From contig CAZEBZ010000005.1 in assembly GCA_964510775.1 (NCBI GenBank), positions 8,267 through 57,017 on the forward strand: a stretch of 48,751 bases of DNA, written 5' to 3'. The translations under genes were made by a program, and so were the position numbers. The notes under the pieces were generated by a model that saw only the letters and a list, made by a program, of their open reading frames with translations, did no database searches and was not told the DNA's origin. Of this stretch, positions 47,361-48,751 are shown one piece after another (the stretch's first letter is position 1; each line of letters begins with the position of its first letter). This stretch comes from an uncultured Thermodesulfobacteriota bacterium. Lineage in GTDB: Bacteria; Desulfobacterota; GWC2-55-46; JADFVP01.

Positions 47361-47954
47361 TTAGAGGTGAGCCTTCGCGTACTCCTCAAGACCCTCCTGA
47401 GTGGGTTTCATGGAGTCGTCGCCTTTTTTCCAGTTAGCGGGGCAGACCTCGCCGTGCTTCTCAGTAAACTCAATGGCGTCAATAACTCTTAGCACCTCGT
47501 CTACGTTTCTTCCGATTGGCAGATCGTTTACTGTGTAGCTGCGAAGCTTTCCTGCCTTATCAATAATAAAGACACCTCGAAGGGCTACACCTGCGCACTC
47601 AAGTAAAACTCCGTATTTAGCGCTTATGCATTTATTGAGATCCGCTACGAGGGGGTATCCAATGGGGCCGATGCCGCCCTCTTTTCTATCGGTACCGCGC
47701 CACTTTGCATGGGAGAACTGGCTGTCTACGGAGATACCGAGAACCTGTGCGTCTCTTGACTTAAATTCCTCAATCCTGTCGCTAAGGGCAGTTATCTCAG
47801 TAGGACAGACAAAGGTGAAGTCCAGAGGATAGAAGAAGAGTACGGTATACTTTCCCCTGTAATCGGAGAGACTTAACTCTTTTATTGAACCATCCTCAAA
47901 AACCGCCTGTGCCGTAAAATCCGGTGCGTCTTGCTGAACAAATGCCTCTGACAT
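47361..47954 (-). CDS. ahpC: Typical 2-Cys peroxiredoxin
   Basis: [13 protein letters not shown] and GEVCPANW. Confidence 0.96.
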   Translation of the reverse strand: MSEAFVQQDAPDFTAQAVFEDGSIKELSLSDYRGKYTVLFFYPLDFTFVCPTEITALSDRIEEFKSRDAQVLGISVDSQFSHAKWRGTDRKEGGIGPIGYPLVADLNKCISAKYGVLLECAGVALRGVFIIDKAGKLRSYTVNDLPIGRNVDEVLRVIDAIEFTEKHGEVCPANWKKGDDSMKPTQEGLEEYAKAHL

Positions 47955-47981
47955 CTTTTTTCTCCTTTTAAGTTAGTTTTA

Positions 47982-48389
47982 TTATCTGCAGTTATCGCAT
48001 AATCCGAAAAAATCAACGTGATTAGCCTGTACATCAAAACTCTCTAATATATCGTCTGGCAGCTCGAGACTCGCGGAGTAATCGACTAATATGTCCTCTA
48101 TTCGGCCGCAAGACGTACACCTTATATGATGATGAATACTGCCGTCGGGGTCAAAATGACGGCGCTCAGGGTCTATATTAAGCTCAGAGAGCTCGCCCAT
48201 GGCAACAAGGGCCTGAACTGTATTGTAGACAGTTGCAAAGGACAGTGTTGGGTTTGTCTCTTTTAAGTCTGTATAAATATCCTCGGCACTGGGGTGGCTC
48301 TTGTTGTCCTCGAGATAATCAAGGATGGCGAGCCTCTGCGGCGTCATCTTGAAGCCCTTACCCCTGTATTTTTTTATTATCTTATCCAT
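47982..48389 (-). CDS. perR: Fur-family regulator, PerR-like
   Basis: TPQR, HPSAE, SFATVYN, HHHIRCTSC...D, C-terminal CDNC; directly upstream of ahpC. Confidence 0.85.
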   Translation of the reverse strand: MDKIIKKYRGKGFKMTPQRLAILDYLEDNKSHPSAEDIYTDLKETNPTLSFATVYNTVQALVAMGELSELNIDPERRHFDPDGSIHHHIRCTSCGRIEDILVDYSASLELPDDILESFDVQANHVDFFGLCDNCR

Positions 48390-48419
48390 AGTCCCGACTC
48401 ATCCATGTAACTCAAGGGC

Positions 48420-48751
48420 CTCACAGCCCGCCCCTTCTTACCCTCTCACCACTTATCCCTACTCTCGCCCCCTAATACTCAACTTACGCCATCCTGCTCA
48501 CTAATCCCCACTCGACCCCTTGCCCCCTCTCGACATAAGCACCTATCTTACACCCCCTTGCTTGCCCCACTGCCCCTCGCGCCACTTACGCCCCTCACCT
48601 GCCCCTTCTTACCCTCTCACCCCTTCTCACCCATCCCGCCCCGTTGCCCCGTTGCCCCGCTACCCCCTTGCCCCGCTTCCCCTCTTCCCTCCTTCCCCCT
48701 TTCCCCTGTTCCCAGTTTCTTCCCTCTCTCTTTTTTCTTCTATTCTTCTTT
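48420..48751. repeat. Pyrimidine-rich low-complexity tract with internal direct repeats
   Basis: Plus strand strongly C/T-dominated; GCCCCTTCTTACCCTCTCACC at 48430-48450 and 48601-48621. Confidence 0.75.

Overview
Mostly chromosomal housekeeping DNA from a Gram-negative, probably anaerobic deltaproteobacterium-like organism (lineage inferred from gene content only). In order: era, a GT-C-like membrane protein and its neighbour, rho, coaE, pgeF, rluD, a GntR regulator, crcB/DUF190, a complete tol-pal-cpoB set, DUF362 Fe-S, AsmA-like and methyltransferase genes, a small AT-rich two-gene island, ccsA-queE-Lon-like-CDF, modABC behind a Moco/Tuco-type riboswitch, deoB, a large anaerobic cobalamin (cbi) cluster, trmJ, an RpoS-like sigma factor and a perR-ahpC unit. 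Two small genes missing from the ORF track were read by hand: a 57-aa CbtB-type peptide and a 35-aa rubredoxin-like protein. The best candidates for something new are: (1) a cobalamin-riboswitch-controlled trio of OprB-like porin, CbtB and an unassigned 4-TM protein heading the cbi operon, possibly a TonB-independent cobalt or corrinoid uptake route; (2) an AT-rich ORF-REP-ORF-REP array carrying a PD-(D/E)XK nuclease-like gene and a winged-helix-like gene, with no integrase or transposase nearby; (3) a P3-less Moco-class riboswitch with a readable terminator/antiterminator switch. No tRNA, rRNA, CRISPR array or transposase was seen. All family calls come from recognising motifs by eye, not from database searches.
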